From Trichormus sp. ATA11-4-KO1 (GTDB lineage: Bacteria; Cyanobacteriota; Cyanobacteriia; Cyanobacteriales; Nostocaceae): 14,502 nt of DNA. The notes below the pieces were generated by a model. The model searched no databases and had not been told where the DNA came from. It saw nothing but the letters and a program-made list of their open reading frames with translations. The first letter of the stretch is position 1, and the number at the start of each line of letters is the position of its first letter. Location of the stretch: NCBI GenBank assembly GCA_019358915.1, contig JAHHIM010000061.1, positions 1 to 14,502 of the forward strand, written 5' to 3'. Below are positions 12,773 through 14,502 of this stretch, piece after piece. The translations under genes were made by a program, and so were the position numbers.

Positions 12773-14385
12773 ATGACAGACCGCCGCCTAATTGAAGATT
12801 TTATTCCCATACGTGAAATTTCTATTGAATCTGCCCGCGAAAAATCTATTAGAAAAGGACATATTTCAACGCTACATTTATGGTGGGCGAGACGACCTTT
12901 AGTAGCAGCAAGGGCGGCGGTTTTTGCGTCATTAGTAGCAGCACCAGAAACATCTCAAAAACGCACAGCTTTAAGTAAAGCGATGATTGACCTGTGCAAG
13001 TGGGAAGCTGGGGAAGCTACTATTAATAAAGCTAGAAGGCAGATATTAGAAGCACAAAAATAAAGGTTGAATTTACCAGCAGATACGCCATTAAATCAAG
13101 TACCACCACCGAAGGTTTTAGATATGTTTTCTGGGGGTGGGGCTATTCCTTTGGAAGCGTTGCGTTTGGGTTGTGAAACCTATGCTGTTGAGCTTAACCC
13201 TGTAGCGCATATTATTGAACTTTGTACTCTCGTTTATCCCCAAAAGTACGGTAGAAAATTAGCGGATGATGTGGAGAAATGGGGTAATTGGGTAATCGAA
13301 AAGGTAAGGGAAGAAATTGGTGATTTATATCCAAAAATAGAGAATGGGGAATTAGGAAATGGGGCTGAGGATAAAGCAGAACGAAGCGACGTACAATTAG
13401 ATTTATTTTCTCAAAATCAATCCAAAAACCAAAATCTAAAATCAAAAATTGGACTTACACCAGTAGCATATTTATGGACGCGCACGGTGAAATGTCCTAA
13501 CCCTGGTTGTGGTGCTGCGGTTCCTTTGGTGCGTCAAACTTGGTTGTGTAAGAAGCCTAAAAAATATGTAGCTTTAAAGGTTATTCCCAACCACGAGACA
13601 AAACAAGTTGAGTTTGAAGTGGTGGAAGCTGCGACAGAAAAAGCGTTAGGTTTTGACCCTGCTGCTGGTAGTTCTCGCGGTACTTCTACTTGTCGTCATT
13701 GTGGGACAACTGTTAAAAGTGATTATATAAAAGAACAGGGTAAAGCTGATAAAATTGGTCAGCAATTAATGGCTATTGTCTGCACTACGCTGGGAGCTAA
13801 AGGTAAAACTTATTTATCTGCAACTACATATAAAAATTATCTTCATAATGAAATTGATATTAAAAATAGACTTGATAACCTTTGTGCAGAAAATAACTTA
13901 ACAATTCCTAATGAACCTATTCCTTCTGATGATAGTAGATCATTTTTCACTCATCTTTATGGTTTAGATAACTTTGGTAAACTATTCACGCCACGTCAAT
14001 TGCTGTCACTGATGACATTTGTTAAGTGGGTAAGACTAGCGCATCAAGAGATGTTAAAGCAGGAATATGAAGAAAAGTTTGCAAAGGGAATATCCACCTA
14101 TCTTGGATTAATGATAAATAGAATTGCTGATAGAGCTAGTACACTTTGTAGATACGATCCAACACCTACTCAAAGTGGTATAAATAATACTTTTAGTAGA
14201 CAAGCTTTACCAATGGTATGGGATTTTGGTGAAGGTTGTCCTATTGGTGAGTCTTCTGGAAGTGCTAGTAATTCGCTACCTTGGATTATAAACTTTATCA
14301 GACAAGAAGCAAACAGTGGATCGCTTGCCAATCTACAACGCTGTTCCGCAATGTCTATGTCGATTGAATCAGCATCATTAGATGT
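12773..14385 (+). pseudogene. DUF1156-type adenine DNA methyltransferase, disrupted by an in-frame TAA and an apparent insertion
   Basis: N-terminal IEDFIP..STLHLWWARRPL..RA (DUF1156). After TAA 13061-13063 the same frame continues: VLDMFSGGGAIPLEALRLG (SAM-binding motif I), YLWTRTVKCPNPGC..CRHC (Zn ribbon), LFTPRQL, FSRQALPMVWDFGE. Similarity ends at SASLD, where DPPY is expected next. Confidence 0.88.
13340..13450 (+). repeat. Heptameric STRR-like repeats in a variable loop of the methyltransferase gene
   Basis: GAGAATG GGGAATT AGGAAAT GGGGCTG (13340-13367) and AATCCAA AAACCAA AATCTAA AATCAAA (13419-13446). Confidence 0.55.
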
Positions 14386-14502
14386 TGCGGCTCGCAAACA
14401 TAAACGCTCCGGCTTGCAAACAAGAAAATTGTTGGCTCACATTAATTGCAAACAGAAAAAGACTTCGGCTCACATTAATTGCAAACAGACTCATTATTAT
14501 TT
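14383..14502 (+). mobile_element. Probable end of a Tn7/Tn5053-like (TnsB/TniA-type) transposon inserted in the methyltransferase gene
   Basis: Starts TGT where coding similarity breaks. Perfect 23-bp direct repeats GGCTCACATTAATTGCAAACAGA at 14434 and 14467; shortened versions GGCTCGCAAACA (14389) and GGCTTGCAAACA (14411). Confidence 0.6.

Noticed and set aside
12773..13063. 96-aa ORF as an independent complete gene
   Set aside because: It is the N-terminus of the DUF1156 methylase, whose frame continues directly after the TAA.
12166..14397. Minus-strand ORFs 12166-12609, 13212-13445 and 14170-14397
   Set aside because: Antisense shadows of the helicase and methylase; 13212-13445 begins in heptamer repeats.
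14434..14489. 23-bp direct repeats as a mini CRISPR array
   Set aside because: Only 10 bp separate the copies, far too short for a spacer; the pattern fits transposase-binding sites better.

Overview
A 14.5 kb segment of a filamentous cyanobacterial (Nostocales-like) mobilisable plasmid or plasmid-like element, judged from eight HIP1 octamers and heptameric STRR-type repeats. Left to right: two small hypothetical genes divergent from an Xre regulator; a structured intergenic region; a second Xre repressor divergent from a lambda O/P-like replication module (putative leader peptide, winged-HTH initiator with six intragenic 20-bp iterons, Zn-binding partner); a GIY-YIG/T5orf172 nuclease; an orphan gene; an AT-rich/oriT region with a MobV relaxase fused to a Toprim-like domain; a long hairpin; the decayed right end of a Tn3-family transposon; a type Ib-like parA plus RHH-partner locus with matching 8-bp arrays inside the partner gene and over the promoter; and a defence module with an intact SNF2 helicase-DUF3883 nuclease and a DUF1156 adenine methyltransferase. 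The methyltransferase gene carries an in-frame stop and appears interrupted just before its catalytic motif by a TGT-starting transposon-like end. The most interesting candidates are the layered replication-control architecture (1650-2420) and the partition system with a centromere-like array written into its own coding sequence (7723-8975). All family assignments come from motif recognition by eye, not database searches.
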